NCBI GenBank assembly: GCA_951406725.2
Contig: OX597817.1
Coordinates: 130,076,001-130,140,000, forward strand
DNA length: 64,000 bases
From: Octopus vulgaris
Taxonomy: Eukaryota
Reading direction: 5' to 3'
In this document: positions 40,565 through 55,536 of the stretch, piece by piece
Layout of the letters: each line of letters opens with the position of its first letter
How positions within the stretch are numbered: the first letter of the stretch is position 1
Notes under the pieces: generated by a model
Told to the model about the DNA's origin: nothing
Databases searched by the model: none
Seen by the model: only the letters and a program-made list of their open reading frames with translations
Made by a program: the position numbers and the translations under genes

Positions 40565-41627
40565 GCGCGCAAACATAGCTGTTGTAAATATATATATGTG
40601 TGTGTGTATGTATGAACATGTATGTGGTAATTGCAAGTTTATAGAATTCTGTGTGTGTCAGCTGTCTCCCTCAGTCCATATGAGCACCACACACACATAT
40701 ACACAGACACACACATAAACAAACACACACACACACACACACACACATTTATATACATACACATTTGAGTGTTACGATAAGTCACACGCCCTACACGTTC
40801 CATGTTCGCTAGTCGTAATCGTTTGTTCGTGATGGGGCTTCCGTTCTGCCAATAAACTCAGCAACAAGCCTCATCTATCAATCCAAGCACCAATCAACCC
40901 CACCACCACCACCACCATCACTATCATATCCACAATCATCACCAGCACCAAAGCAGTAACTACCACCACGATGACGACGACCAGCATTACCATTCCCACC
41001 TCCATCACAATCACTACCATTCACCTTCCTCCCTGTTATATCACAGAGTGCATTTGGATGTTGGTGTATTTAATTGGACGCCTCACTGAGTTTCTAACAA
41101 ACTACTTCCTCTTCTTGCCTCCCTCTTACTCCTCCACTACATCTTTCCCGATTCTCCTGCAAACCGACATTTTAATTCATTTATATTTATCTATTTATTT
41201 ATATATTTATTTTTCCTTTCTGGCTAAATTAACCTTCAACTTTCATCTATACAATGTTGAATTCCACAGCTCCATACCTTTACATAAATCTATTTCAGAC
41301 ACTAACCAACGAAATTGTTAGAAGTCAATTCTCTCGCAAAGTAAATCTTTAAATAAAGAAGAACAAAAACCACATAGGATAATGATGTCCATGCAAAACT
41401 ACTTATATTAATTAGACTAAATATATACAACATTTAGAGGTGACGGAGGAGTTGAACTGTTTCACTTGGAGGAGCAAGATGACAAAGAGGTTAGAATCAC
41501 CGGGTTGAGGGTCAATAGTATCATTGGGTTCGTGTGACACAAAAGAAAAAAATTGTTGGTGGCAAAGTTTCAGTTACATGTATTGAAATCCCAGGCGAAG
41601 GGGTTTGAACAGGTAATTAGCATTTTC

Positions 41628-41709
<82 letters not shown>

Positions 41710-41823
41710 ATACATATACATATATATATATATACACACATATATATACACACACACACACATATATATATATATGAATGCTACGTATGTTACCATATAC
41801 ATATACATGCAAACATGTATATG

Positions 41824-42041
41824 TTAGTTAGTTAGTTAGTTAGTTAATTTGGCTCAAAAGCAAATAGCAAGGCCATGTAGGGGGACATGGAGTTAAGTAC
41901 AGGGTGGTGTTCATGTAAAGAGTTCAGGCCACTTGAGGTCAAGGGAGGCTTTGAACAAAGCGGTCGTCGGCATCATCACCATCTCGTCTGGCAGCTTGTT
42001 CCACGGATCCACAACCCGGACGGAGAAAGCTCCTCTCCTTC
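41824..42041 (-). mobile_element. CR1-clade LINE 3' end with (TAAC)n tail
   Basis: Minus strand [42 protein letters not shown] matches the CR1 C-terminal FS.RVV..WN.LP..FK..LD motif. Confidence 0.85.
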
Positions 42042-42047
42042 ATATAC

Positions 42048-42114
<67 letters not shown>

Positions 42115-42152
42115 CATACATACATACATACATACATACATACATACATACA

Positions 42153-42187
<35 letters not shown>

Positions 42188-42221
42188 TTAATATATATAT
42201 ATATACGTATACATACATACA

Positions 42222-42279
<58 letters not shown>

Positions 42280-42283
<4 letters not shown>

Positions 42284-43249
42284 GTAGGATAAAATTTTTC
42301 GAAAAAAATTCTGTCAATAGCCAGCATATTAAAAAATAGCTTTAAAGGTTAAATTTATAAACAATTTATAAGTAAGGCCAAAAGAAAAAATTTCTAATGT
42401 CAAAATATGCCGAAAATAGGCACAACGTCAATAACCATGTAATTTATCACTACAAGCATGCGTCTCGAAGAAAGCCGACAGAAATTTCTAAAAATCCCGT
42501 TATTACCATATCGGACCCGATTTCAGAGTTAGTTCATAAGAACCTCCCCTTCATCAGTGATAAATGCGGCATAGAAATAAGTGAAATACTTACTAACTCT
42601 GAAATCGGATCCGATATAGTAATAACGGGATTTTTAAAAAATTTCTGTCGGCTTTCTTCGAGACGCGTGCTTGTAGTGATAAATTACATGGTTATTGACG
42701 TTGTGTCTATTTTCGGTATATTTGGGCATTAGAATTTTTTTCTTTTGCCCTTACTTATAAATTGTTTATAAATTTAACCTTTAAAGATATTTTTTATATG
42801 CTGGCCATTGACAGAATTTCTTTCGAAAAATTTTATCCTACATTAGATGTTCATTTAATAGTGTTCACTTCAAGACTCTCCCACTTTACGAGAGTTTTTC
42901 AGTTCGAATCGCACGTGTCTCGAGATGGGCTAGAGAGTTTCTAGTTTGGATATATTTGGGGTACTTAATTGTGCTCATGACTTAGTGTTCACTTCTTTCG
43001 TGGGTATAAGTAAGTATTTCACTTATTTCTTGGCCGCATTTATCACTGATGAAGGGAAGGTTCTTATGAACTAACTCTGAAATCGGGTCCGATATGGTAA
43101 TAACGGGATTGTTTAGAAATTTCTGTCGGCTTTCTTCGAGACGCGTGCTTGTAGTGATAAATTACATGGTTATTGACGTTGTGTCTATTTTCGGCATATT
43201 TTGGCATTAGAAATTTTTTTCTTTTGCTCTTACTTATAAATTGTTTATA
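42280..43249. mobile_element. PLE-like composite: 254-bp inverted repeat (42280-42533 / 42592-42845) plus a partial tandem copy (43009-43249), between (TA)n tracts
   Basis: Arms read directly; HHR-like atttatca-CTGATGA..cttc-GAGA-cgcgtgcttg-TA-gtgataaat at 43038-43162. Confidence 0.85.
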
Positions 43250-44573
43250 TATATATATAAATTTAAGTCACAATATATGGATACAGCTAATCCGGTGGTA
43301 CACGTGAAAAAGCTCTTTAATGTATCATTCTACAAAACATAGAATACGGAGTACGATACGAAAGAAAAATATAAAGAGTGTTATAAATTTATAAAAACGA
43401 GAGAAATATACCAAGATAAAATTTATTTTACCATTGGAAATTCTTATTTAACGACAATTGTTTCACAGCTTAATAACCATGTACGGATAATTTATTTTAT
43501 TATATTTTATGAGTAATAAATTACTTACATATCTGCATTAATATATACACAACCTTTAACTTAATGCAGCTTACGTTGGAAAAAAAAGTTATGTTGAAAT
43601 ATTATTTTTAACACTGATTCATTTGAACCTGACGAGCAAGCTTAACATTTAAAGATTGTATATATATATTAAATGTATTGAAATTTAACCACATTTTCCC
43701 TATGAAAAGTCAAGTCTTACAATCTTGAAATATCTTGAAACCTGGCATGGTTTTCCTCTCTTAAAGAGTATTCAGATATACTCTTCCCCTATAATAAGCC
43801 AGTTATGATCAAAATTAAATATATGCTCTAGCAAACATATCTTACAAGCAATGACAATATGCAACTCTTTTTACAAATATAACTGCACCTTCTCCATTAC
43901 CTTCCTCGCTTCTGACCTTTACTTTGTGGAAATAATGACACTTTTTTTAAACATTCAATTATCTGTGACGTGCTTCGTGTTGATGGAATCGTAGGCACGT
44001 TCTATCTGTGCGTCACACAAATTGTTTCCTTAGTCTGTTTAGTTAAAAGGCTGGGTGGTATTCTTCTCTTTAAGTTAGTCCTCCAATTATGTAACTAAAA
44101 ATGTTTCCATTTCCTCATTTAACCCATATCTTCTTTTGATGATGACTAGATTTTATAAATGCAGATGCCTTCGGAACATGACTAGCGCAGCACATATCCT
44201 TTAGGGTGGTGGAGGGCGTCTGCTAGATCAAATCGGAATTATGCTTAAGGGGTGAAACCGATTTTCTTCATTCAGTTTGGTTTTTATCTCTAATTTTGTT
44301 TCTGAATCACACGCTTTTTCCTTGAGTCCACTAAGAGGCGTTTGGCATGTTTTGGCTTAAAATTTTGGTGAATTCACAACACAAAAAGAAATTTAAGTGA
44401 AGAGTAAAATCAAAACGAATGATTTTGCTTTTCGATGCTCTTGATTGGAGAGGTGAAGTGGGTACTCTGTAGGTCGGGCAAGAATCCGTAAAACTGTCTT
44501 TTTTTGCGTATATCAGCTTCAATATTGCAGAAAGAATATTTATGTTCACATAGCATGTATGAATGTATGTATG

Positions 44574-44607
<34 letters not shown>

Positions 44608-44810
44608 TGTATGTATGTATGTATGTATGTATGTATGTATGTATGTATGTATGCATGTGTGTGTGTGTGTGTGTGTGTGTATAGAGAGAGAGATAGATAG
44701 AGAGAGAGAGAGAAAGAGAGAAACTATGTACACATGTGTGTAAGCATACACATATCTACATTCACATATATACATCCATCCATCCATCCACACATACATA
44801 CATACATACA

Positions 44811-44842
<32 letters not shown>

Positions 44843-45019
44843 AACAACATTCTGTACTCCCACGTGGTCCTTCGTGGCATTTTCCAGTTACTATTCAGTT
44901 ACCCTTTCTTCGCCAGTTAGAAATAGTGACTGAATCTCTTTACATCAAACGCTTACGTCTTAAACAGAGGGTGGACACTATCTATATATGTCGTCAACAA
45001 AAACACCAACAACAATCAA

Positions 45020-45452
<433 letters not shown>

Positions 45453-45461
45453 GGAAGGCAC

Positions 45462-45708
45462 AAGGGACGTTTAACATGTGAGAAGACACCGGGGACGTTT
45501 AACATGTAAGAAGACACCTGGGACGTTTAACACGTGAGAAGACACCGGGGACGTTTAACATTTGAAGAAGACACCGGGGTTTAACGTGTGAGAAGGCACC
45601 GGGGACGTTTAACACGTGAGAAGACACCGGGGACGTTTAACATTTGAGGAAGACACCGGGGACGTTTAACATGTGAGGAAGACACCGATGACATTTAACA
45701 TGTGAGAG
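45462..45708 (+). repeat. Minisatellite, about 9 copies of a ~28-bp unit ggggacgtttaacatgtgagaagacacc
   Basis: Units counted by eye; no unique spacers. Confidence 0.95.
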
Positions 45709-47996
45709 CGATAAAACACTGCTCCGAAATCTATCCAAAAACATCGGGAATAAAGACATCACATGGAGCCAAAAATAGCTGACAAACGGTTGGGCTATAT
45801 CCGAGTAAATAATACTCAGTGAAATGTATTTCTATTTTCCAAATGAAATTATGTATTTTAACTGGATATCTCCACTGCAGGGCACAGCGCATGTAAACAC
45901 GCTCGACACATTACGAGCCCATCAGCACCGGACCATCTCCGTTCCCAAACATCATGGACAAAAAAAAAATACAAATGAAATAAATAACACCGGTATTATT
46001 CAACCCAAGAATAACAATCGGGAAGTACGTACTTTAGACTTGTTACTCAAAAAGTACGAAAAACTACACGTGCTAAACAATTTAACACAAGAAATGAACC
46101 GACAGGTACCCTACGAAAATGATAACCATCAAAATAAAGGGCCGGACGTTATTCCTCATGTCCCGTAAATAAAATTTTTTAAAAAAGCATAAATGGGCAC
46201 GTGACAAATATATTTCAATCCTATACGCTTATTTTACAGCAGCGCTCTACCCAAAGAAGGAAAACGCCACAACATATACATATAAAATCTGGAAGAAAAA
46301 TAACTTAAATATAAACTTGGATACAGCAATGAACCCTAATAAACTAGCTAACATATGAAGATATATTCTCAAAACAAAACAAAAAATATATCAGAAATAG
46401 AAATAGAACAATAAAAAGGAAAAATGCATTAGGAAAATGTAGATAGTAGCCACACGACAATGCCAAATGCGATCATAAGCACTGGAACTGTAAAACACTA
46501 AGACAGACATAACGTGTCCAACAAAAGCGAAGTAAACAACAAAAGACAACAAACTCAGACCGTAGGAATGGATAATAATGTGCAAAAAGCACCCAACCAG
46601 AACACCACAGACAAACATATGAACAGGAAGGATTGCGAAACACATCTAAAACATGGAAACAGTGAAGGGGAATCTAATGATTATGTTACTCTAAAAATGA
46701 ACATCGTCAAAGAACTGAAAGCCACGGATCTCAGTATGGACCGCCAATTATACCTCCCAAAAACCAAAATAGATAATAAAATAACATTAATAATAAATAG
46801 TATGAACCTGGTCGTCACAGAACTAATAACCACAGAAACAAATGTCAATATCACCGAGCTAAATGACATAATATATGCAGCAGCCACTGTGGCCACAAAA
46901 AAATCTGGATACTCCCTCAAATCCATCCAAACAGGAGTACCACCACCCAAACAAACCCTGTAGATAAATAATATCATAGAGTGTCTTATAAAATCAGTGC
47001 AGCACCAACAACAGAAGTGGAAGAATTTTGGAAAGAAATATAGTCGGCGAGGGAACAACCTCAGAAAAGGGCTTTCAAAAAAACGAACTTAGCACCTGAA
47101 CAACTCTGGACTCCTATAACAACTAAAGAGTTCACTCAGGCACTGCAAAAACTAAGAAACTGGAAGGCACCTGGGCACGATAAGATCCCGAACTTCCGGT
47201 TAAAATATCTGACAGGAACACACAAAAATTTGGCTGAAAAATTTAATGACATACTAGCAGAGTCAGTGACAATGCCTGAATGGCTCACAAAAGGGAAAAC
47301 TATCCTAATTCCCAAATCTACTGAAACGGCAAACCCCAGAATTACAGACCAATAACTTGTCTCCCTACAATTTACAAAGCCTTTACTGCAGTAATATCGC
47401 AGAGATTGAGCAAGCATCTGGAAGAAAACAACTCGTTTCCAGAAGAGCAGAATGGATGCTGCAAGGGTTCATACGGCTGTAAAGATCAACTAATGATCAA
47501 TAAAGCCATAACTGAAGACAACCGCAGAAAGAAAGGCCTAAGTATGGCCTGGATCGACTACCGAAAGGCTTTTGATAGCATTCCCCACGCATGGGTCCTA
47601 GAAACACTAGCCATGAACAAGGTAGCACCAATAATCATAAGCTACATAAGGCACTCTATGAATAAATGCCAGACAGTGTTACAGCTCCAAACAAAAGAGG
47701 GACTCAGAAAAACCAAAGCCATCCCCATTAGAAGAGGTATATTCCAGGCCAGATATTGTTGCCAGAGAACATCAAGAAAGAAAATGCTTTCTAATCTATG
47801 TATCAACCCCAACAGATAACAATGTTTCTCTAAAAGAAATGGAGAAACTTTCAAAATACAAAGACCTGAAAATAGACGCAACTCGAATGTGGTGTCTAAA
47901 AACAGAAGCAATTCTTATCATGATGGGCGCATTAAGTATGATAAAAAATATTCAGATAAATACATAACAAAAACACCAGGACTAACAAGTATCTAT

Positions 47997-48434
47997 GTTG
48001 TTGTTGTTGTTGTTGGCATCCTTTTGTCTCGGAAGACAATGGAGTTGCGCATAAACTAATCCAGTCTGGTTTTCACATTTCATGTCCTCTCCAGTTTCCT
48101 CCCCAGTTTTGCGCAGGCCTGGGCTAGATGTAAGAAAATCCTGGGTAGCCCAATCGTCAGGATCCCTCTCTCGACCTCGCTGACGTAGTCCAAAGGAGTG
48201 CAGAGCATTACGTTTGGCCCCAGCTTGGTTGCAGGAGCTACCGGAAGAGTGTTGAATCGAACACTAGATCCCCTACAGGGCTCCACTCCGGATTTCTTTG
48301 AAAGTTGTCTCCTTTCAGTAACTCTGGATAGGGGCCCATACCGGGTACTGTCAGCCGGAGCCAGCTGAGCCCGGGACTCGTGTCCGGCAGGGTCGTCACT
48401 CCCTGAAGTAGTGAAGAAAATTGCCACCCACTAC
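47997..48434 (-). mobile_element. Short non-autonomous RTE-derived element (5' UTR-like body, RTE 3' end, (CAA)n tail) with 15-bp TSD
   Basis: TSD ctaacaagtatctat (47982-47996) / ctaacatgtatatat (48435-48449); 3' end tccattgtcttccgagacaaaaggatgcc resembles the RTE end at ~51934-51963. Confidence 0.85.
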
Positions 48435-48531
48435 CTAACATGTATATATAACATACAGAAAATAGCACTATTAGGCCACTGCACACATCCTACACAAAAC
48501 ACTTTCAATAACAATAACAATAATAATGATG

Positions 48532-48611
<80 letters not shown>

Positions 48612-49140
48612 TAGGTTAAATAACGACAATAACAATAAAGATAACTAAGCATAACTTTATTATGTAACGCCTTGGGAGGCCATCGGTTGTCAAGAACTGA
48701 CTAGGAAGGGCAAATATAAGAGCATGTGATATTTATACATTTCTTAAAGACATCAAGAGTGGGAAGAGAGGTGCTAATATTAAAGCAAATCATGGATTCA
48801 TATTCTGCAGAAATACAATTAGGATGTGACTAGGGTGTCGGTCTATGTTTGACAGTTGACTAGTTTTCGTCTCAGCACTAACACATTTTTTGCGAGTATT
48901 TATTTTAACTGCCCCATGCCCCTCTAATTTCTTCTTTTTGTTTATTTTCAATGCCTCTTTTCTTTTTAAGTGAAAGGAAAAAAAATGCTATTCGGATTTT
49001 TATGTTTTGAAGATCAGAGATTCAGAATTTGCGAAACGGAAAGAAAGAAATTAATTGAAATTCTTTTTAATTAAATTTGTATTTTACTCAGAAGCTGATT
49101 TTTAACTTATTCTCATTTGCTGTATACACACACTTATAAT

Positions 49141-49214
<74 letters not shown>

Positions 49215-49228
49215 TAGATAAATATATA

Positions 49229-49264
<36 letters not shown>

Positions 49265-50022
49265 TGTATGTATGTATGTATATATATATATGTATGAATG
49301 TATGTATGTATGTATATATATATATATATATACATATATGCATATATATATACATATATACATAGACACATCTATATATACATACACATATATAAACTTA
49401 CATATACACATATATATACATGTATATACATGTATATATATATATATACATACATACATACATACATACATACATACATACGTGTACGTGTGTATGTGGG
49501 CTGCATATACATATACATATGACCATGTCAGTGTGTGTAAACTGAATGTGTATTTGTGAATGTGTAAGCATATAAGTAATAAACATCTACCCATAAGTTC
49601 ACTTACACATTTACACCACCGCACAAACGTACAAACGAATACATGTATACTCCCTACACACACACACTTACTATGTTATCATTAATTATATTCAGTAGCT
49701 CTTTCGTCTCTCCGTTTATTTATACGACTCCTAGCTGTGATTTATCTCATACAGTTTTTATAATCTAAGAACATACCCATAAGGCCTTGCACTTCTGTCA
49801 GCAAAGATATATAAACAGCAGGATTATTTATACAATATCCTTTATTTCCAATCTATATTTTTCTTATCAACATCAAAACATTACATCTTTTTATATCATG
49901 TTCGGATATTGGTCTCAACTGAAATAGTGGAAACAAATTTTTCTCCCCAATCTACATATATATTTCAACTTTGACCCTCTCTTACTCCTCCTCTCTGTAC
50001 CAATTAACCATTTGAGAATTAT

Positions 50023-50700
<678 letters not shown>

Positions 50701-50939
50701 GCATAAACGAACGAAAAGACTGTCCCAGTAATAGTGTCACAATCTAGTATAGTGAAATAACTACAGAGAAGCATGTTATGAGTATTTACCAAACTGCACT
50801 CCTCACTAAAAACATAACACAAATACTAACATATACCTCTGTTACTCATGACACTTAGCATTATGAAACGCATGAGCAAGCACATACTTAAAAGCAACGT
50901 ATAATAGTAGTGAAATATGAGTAAACATTAGTAGTATCA

Positions 50940-51970
50940 TTTAGACTGCCGAGCTTGAAAACAAAATCCAGGGTGTGCTAGGTACTCGTCAGAGAAATGA
51001 TGTTCACGGACGACGCAACACTGACAGCGCACTCTGAAGAGCAAATGCAGCACCCCGTGGACAAACTTTTAAAGGCTCGTCAGGAATTCAGTCTGACTAT
51101 CAGTCTGAAGAAGCCCCAAGCAATAGGCCAAAGTGTCGAGCACCCTACTGTCATTGACATCAACAAAAGCTGGAGATGGTCCATCAATTCACTTATCTCG
51201 GCTCTACCATCGCCGATGACTTTTCCCTGGACCCTGAGATCAACAGGCGAATCGGTCAAGCATCCTCCACATTTTCCAGGCTCACAAAGAAAGTCTAGAA
51301 AAACAAACAAAAGAAACATGACTGCAAACTTAATACGCTACTTTACGGCAGTGAGACGTGAAGCCTCAACTCCCGACGGGAGCGGCGTCTCAACGTCTTT
51401 TACTTTTGCAATTTAAGACGCATCTTAGTTATCAAGTGGACTGACCACATCACCAACACCGAAGTCCTCAACTGAGCCTAGATACCCAGCATACTCACTT
51501 TGCTCCAGCAGCTTCGGTTGCACTGGCTCAGTCATGTACATCGCATGCCGGACGGAAGGATCCCAAAAGACCTCCAGTATGGAGAATTGGCCACCGGCAT
51601 AAGAGTACGAGAACGACCTCATCTTCGCTTCAAGGACGTCTGTAAGAAGGATGTGAAGTCACTTGATCTGGACGCCCTGAGATGGGAGGAGGTTGCAAAT
51701 GATCGTCCACACTGGAGACAAATACTGCGAAAGGGGATTAAGAGAGCGGAACAAAAACAGGAACTCGCCACCAAAGAAAAGCACACTCGACTGAAGGAAA
51801 AATCAGTAGCGCCGACAGAGAGCTCCTTCAAATGCAGTCGCTGTATACATGACTGCCACTCCCATATGGGCTTCTACGGCCACAAAAGACGCTCCACCAC
51901 CATCAGCAGCTGACACGATTTCCTTGGGCACAGATCCATATCCTCTCGAAATCGACGGATGCCTACTATC
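50940..51970 (+). mobile_element. RTE (BovB-like) LINE, 5'-truncated and pseudogenised
   Basis: MFTDDA (RT catalytic), FTYLGS, YGSET, RLHWLSHVHRMPDGRIPKDLQYGEL..RPHLRFKD, C-terminal CSRC..H zinc finger, RTE-type 3' UTR ggatgcctact. Confidence 0.95.
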
Positions 51971-53185
51971 GAAACATAGAGATCTAGAGATTAAAATTAG
52001 CAAAATGTGAGAATGAAAACCAGAAATAGTTCTTACATTACTAGGTGATCTAAAAATTATTTTTAAATGAATAAAAAATACAGACGAATACATAAATAAA
52101 ATTCCAGTACTTGGATATATACCTACATACGGAAAACAAAAATAATAGACATTGCACACATACTAAATAGAGGAGTTTTAGTCTAATAGAAAATAACAAA
52201 TTACTAAATGTACACAAGATATACGGGTCTGCATTTAGTTGTGCAGTAAAAAGCGTGCAATAAAATTAAGAATCTCTTTAAAAATCTATGTACTAATCTG
52301 CTTGTTCGTTCGTATGTTATACTTTAGTTAGTTAGAGGGGTGGAGCTGGATGGGTGAGGGGTGGCATAAAAATGAGAGAGGGGGAAGTGTGAATAACAAA
52401 GAAAGAAGTGAGGAAGAAGTAGAGAAAGATGTATAAGCCCAAGTGCATCACGTGGTTGGTTGAAAGTAGAGGCGACGAGCGAGAGAAGAGAGAGAGAAAA
52501 AATAGGGAGAGAGAAGTGTTAATAACGTGCTGTAGGGTAGGGAAAGAAAGGTAATGGGAAAGAGATATGTTTAGGATGCAATATTTAGCAGACGGTGATA
52601 AACTGTGGGTGAGTTTAAAGAGAGGCAAATAGAGAGAGATGGACTGGGAAGGCAGCTACATTAAGAGCGTGTGGTGTGTGAGAGAGAGAGGTGGGAAGGA
52701 GGGAGAGAGCGGGAGAAAGAGTGAGAGAGAGAGAGGGAGGGAGATAGTTTGTATTGTCTAAGTAGAGATACATCATCAGTAAGAAAAAGTAGATATAAAC
52801 AAACAGCTGAACTGAACTGAAAGGAAATGAGCTTTGTTACTCATGGTGTTGGTAGTGGTAATATGTTGGGAGTGAAATGTATTTTTTTCTTGAACTAAAT
52901 CTATAATATTATTCTTCTGCCTGTTCTTTGATACTTCCCGCTTTAGTTTGTTAGAGAGGAGGAGGAGGTGAAGAGAGAGAGGGGGGAGAGAAAGGAAGGG
53001 AGAATGTGAGAGTGAGTGAGAGAGCAGAAAGCCAGCCGATGCACTATGCTGGCACTCATGTGGTTAGTGGAAGAGAGAGGCGATGAAGAGATAGAGAGAA
53101 GGAGAGAAATATAAAGTTTTTAGCAGAGGGAAATTTTAAAACCATATAATATATTATTGTGGCTGGAAGTGAAATAATAATAATG

Positions 53186-53263
<78 letters not shown>

Positions 53264-53419
53264 GCAGCAGCAGCAGCAACAACAACAACAACAATAATAA
53301 TCATGATGATGATGATAATGCAAAATCAGCTTTTCTTTCTTAAATAGCTTCTCTTAATCTTTTTCGTTCCTTGGAATGTCCTCGTATCCCGCTAGTATGA
53401 TTAATAATTTAAGTAAAAT

Positions 53420-53631
53420 AAGGCGGTGAGCTAGCTGAATCGTTAGCAAGCCGGACAAAATGCTTAACAGCATTTCGTCTGTCCTTACATTCTGAGCTCA
53501 AATTCCACCGAGGTCCACTTTGCCTTTCATCTTTAAGTGTCAATAAAATAAATATCAGTTAGCACTGGGGCCAATAGACTCGATTTATCCCCTCCACCTA
53601 AATTGCTGGTCTTGTGCCAAAATTTGAAACC
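53420..53631 (+). mobile_element. SINE family B variant with 17-bp TSD
   Basis: aataatttaagtaaaat (53403-53419) / aataatttaaataaaat (53632-53648). Confidence 0.9.
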
Positions 53632-53659
53632 AATAATTTAAATAAAATTCAAAACCAGA

Positions 53660-54597
53660 CAGGATTCTTATACGACAAACTATGCATAAAGCATCTTTTC
53701 TGCGGGGATGATTTATAACTACAAATAAGAAACACGCCCCATTCCAGCTTGAAAACTTACTGAAACAACAGATGGATTCAGTAATGATATGAAAATAATT
53801 ATGCGATTAAGTAACTGTCAAATATCTACTGAAACAATGGGAAAATTAATTAAAACTGAAACTGAAGTTATGGTTATATCCCTAAATAATAATAAGAAGA
53901 AGAAGAAGCTTAAAACAGAACAGCCTATAAAAGTACTTAGGTGTAGTTGAAACTGATACGATACAGCACAGGAAAAATAGGAAAACTAGAAAAGAATAAA
54001 ATGAAAGAGTCAGTCAAGAAACATACGAACTTAGTGCCATAAATAAGATAAATATGAATACTATGGTAATCCCAGTGATAAACTAAACTTTCATATAATA
54101 GATTGGAAGTTAAGTGAACTGTATAAGTCAGATAGGAAAAACAGTAAAATCTCTCACAGCATTCCGAATGCATCATTTTAAAGCTGATAATGATATGGTG
54201 TACCTACCACACGCACACAGAAAGGAAAAAAGCTTTATACTTCTAGCGAACTATACACAATAGCCACTATGGGTCTTGAAAAATACTTATAAACTAGAAA
54301 GAGGTAGACTGATTATTATAAGAATGTATTTTTAAAAAATCTGAAACGGAAATTTTTTAATTGCCTTTAAGGCCGCAACTCACAGGCTGGAACTAAACAA
54401 GGAATGAAGTGCAAAATAGAATTACTTGGAGGGAAACGTTTTGGATGAAGACAAAACAATAGAAAACGCAAAAGGTATGAATATAAAAGGGAATCTTCAA
54501 AGGATATTAAATACTAAATGGAAAGAACTAACCTCGCCATGGTCAGTTTCCTGCAAGACTAGACAGGAAAGATATGAGCCATTATATTATGAGCCAT

Positions 54598-54629
<32 letters not shown>

Positions 54630-55290
54630 GGGAATAAAACCAAAAAGTCCCCGTAAGTGATTCTTGTGTAAAATAAATATCTAACAATAAATGACTTCCA
54701 TAATAAAACAATGAAGAACAATGTTTGCACCAAAGGAGTAATGGAACCCATCATTTGTGCCATCGCAATCGTCATGAAGATAGAGTAAATCAACGTATAG
54801 TTGTATATCTACTTATAGTAATATATCTGCATTTAGTAGTTACGTCCATTAGATAATATACAGTCATTCCTGCATGGAAAGGGAAAATAAAAAACGTTAT
54901 GAAGCATCAAAGCCAGTATGAGAGAATGACAAAGCCATGAAACTCTGAGACATTCCTGTCGGCCTAAATTGATAAAGAAGTAAAAAAGAAAAAATTCTTG
55001 GGTATCATAATCAAAGGCAAAGTAAATTTTATCCATAAGTCAATCATTTCGGACCGAAACATTGACCGAAGAGAAGATGGAGATAAACAAAATGCAAAGA
55101 GCATGAAATGGAGACAGCTTGAGATAGGGGTTTGAGTAAAAACTGCATCAATAATAATTCATCCATTGAGAATCATTAAAAGTAAAAGAAATATAAGCTA
55201 AAACATGAAAAAAAACATATGATGGCTTCCGACTTTACATTCAATAAAAATATGTCTTATTTGACAAGATACACCTTTCATAGAAAATAC
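53660..55290 (+). mobile_element. Highly decayed R4/Dong-clade retrotransposon 3' half
   Basis: Fragments KHLFCGDDL (cf. HLFYMDDL), HHFKADNDMVYLP (cf. HPKAD..RLYLP) and KWKE..HGQFPARLD. Confidence 0.6.
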
Positions 55291-55536
55291 TTGCGATTTG
55301 ATATCACAATTTACACAATACATATCCTCTACAGTCACTTCCTATCTATTATAACCACAACACTAACAGCTAAATTATTTCCCTACACTCCCACAACATG
55401 ATCACTTCTTTATATAGTAACTTCCACAACACGTTCTATACTCTTATTTCCATTGTACAATAAAAATTCATTTAAAGTATATTATACAAAACTACCACTG
55501 TATACGATAACACAGCCTACACAACATTGTGAACAC

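Larger units (their letters stand above)
38733..41447. repeat. Mosaic of local duplications: unit X at ~38750-38835, 39722-40060 and 41098-41447; unit Y at ~38857-39055 and 39154-39350
   Basis: Shared aac..cttcctc..cctcc.tcc..tacact..at.ttcc.cgattct.ctgca.ac.gacatttt and tcttgaaaaa..gg.ttctcaaaaccagaaa..tgtaaaactttcca. Confidence 0.85.
45453..48510 (+). mobile_element. R4/Dong-clade retrotransposon, internally deleted, between two (TAA)n tracts
   Basis: RT motifs WKAPGHDKI, PEWLTKGKTILIPK, YRPITCL, EEQNGC, AWIDYRKAFDSIPH and RRGIFQ, then a jump to RLE PDIV..EKLSKYKDL..IQKIALLG; (TAA)n at 45306-45452 and 48507-48611. Confidence 0.92.

Noticed and set aside
41824-41847. (TTAG)n as a telomere-like repeat
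   Set aside because: It is not TTAGGG or TTAGG and is explained as the CR1 3' tail
44880-44975. LEIVTESLYIKRL resembling a GIY-YIG C-terminal motif
   Set aside because: A single short motif with no supporting upstream motifs
45462-45708. CRISPR-like array of 28-bp repeats
   Set aside because: Units are head-to-tail with no unique spacers, there are no cas genes, and the context is a eukaryotic retrotransposon
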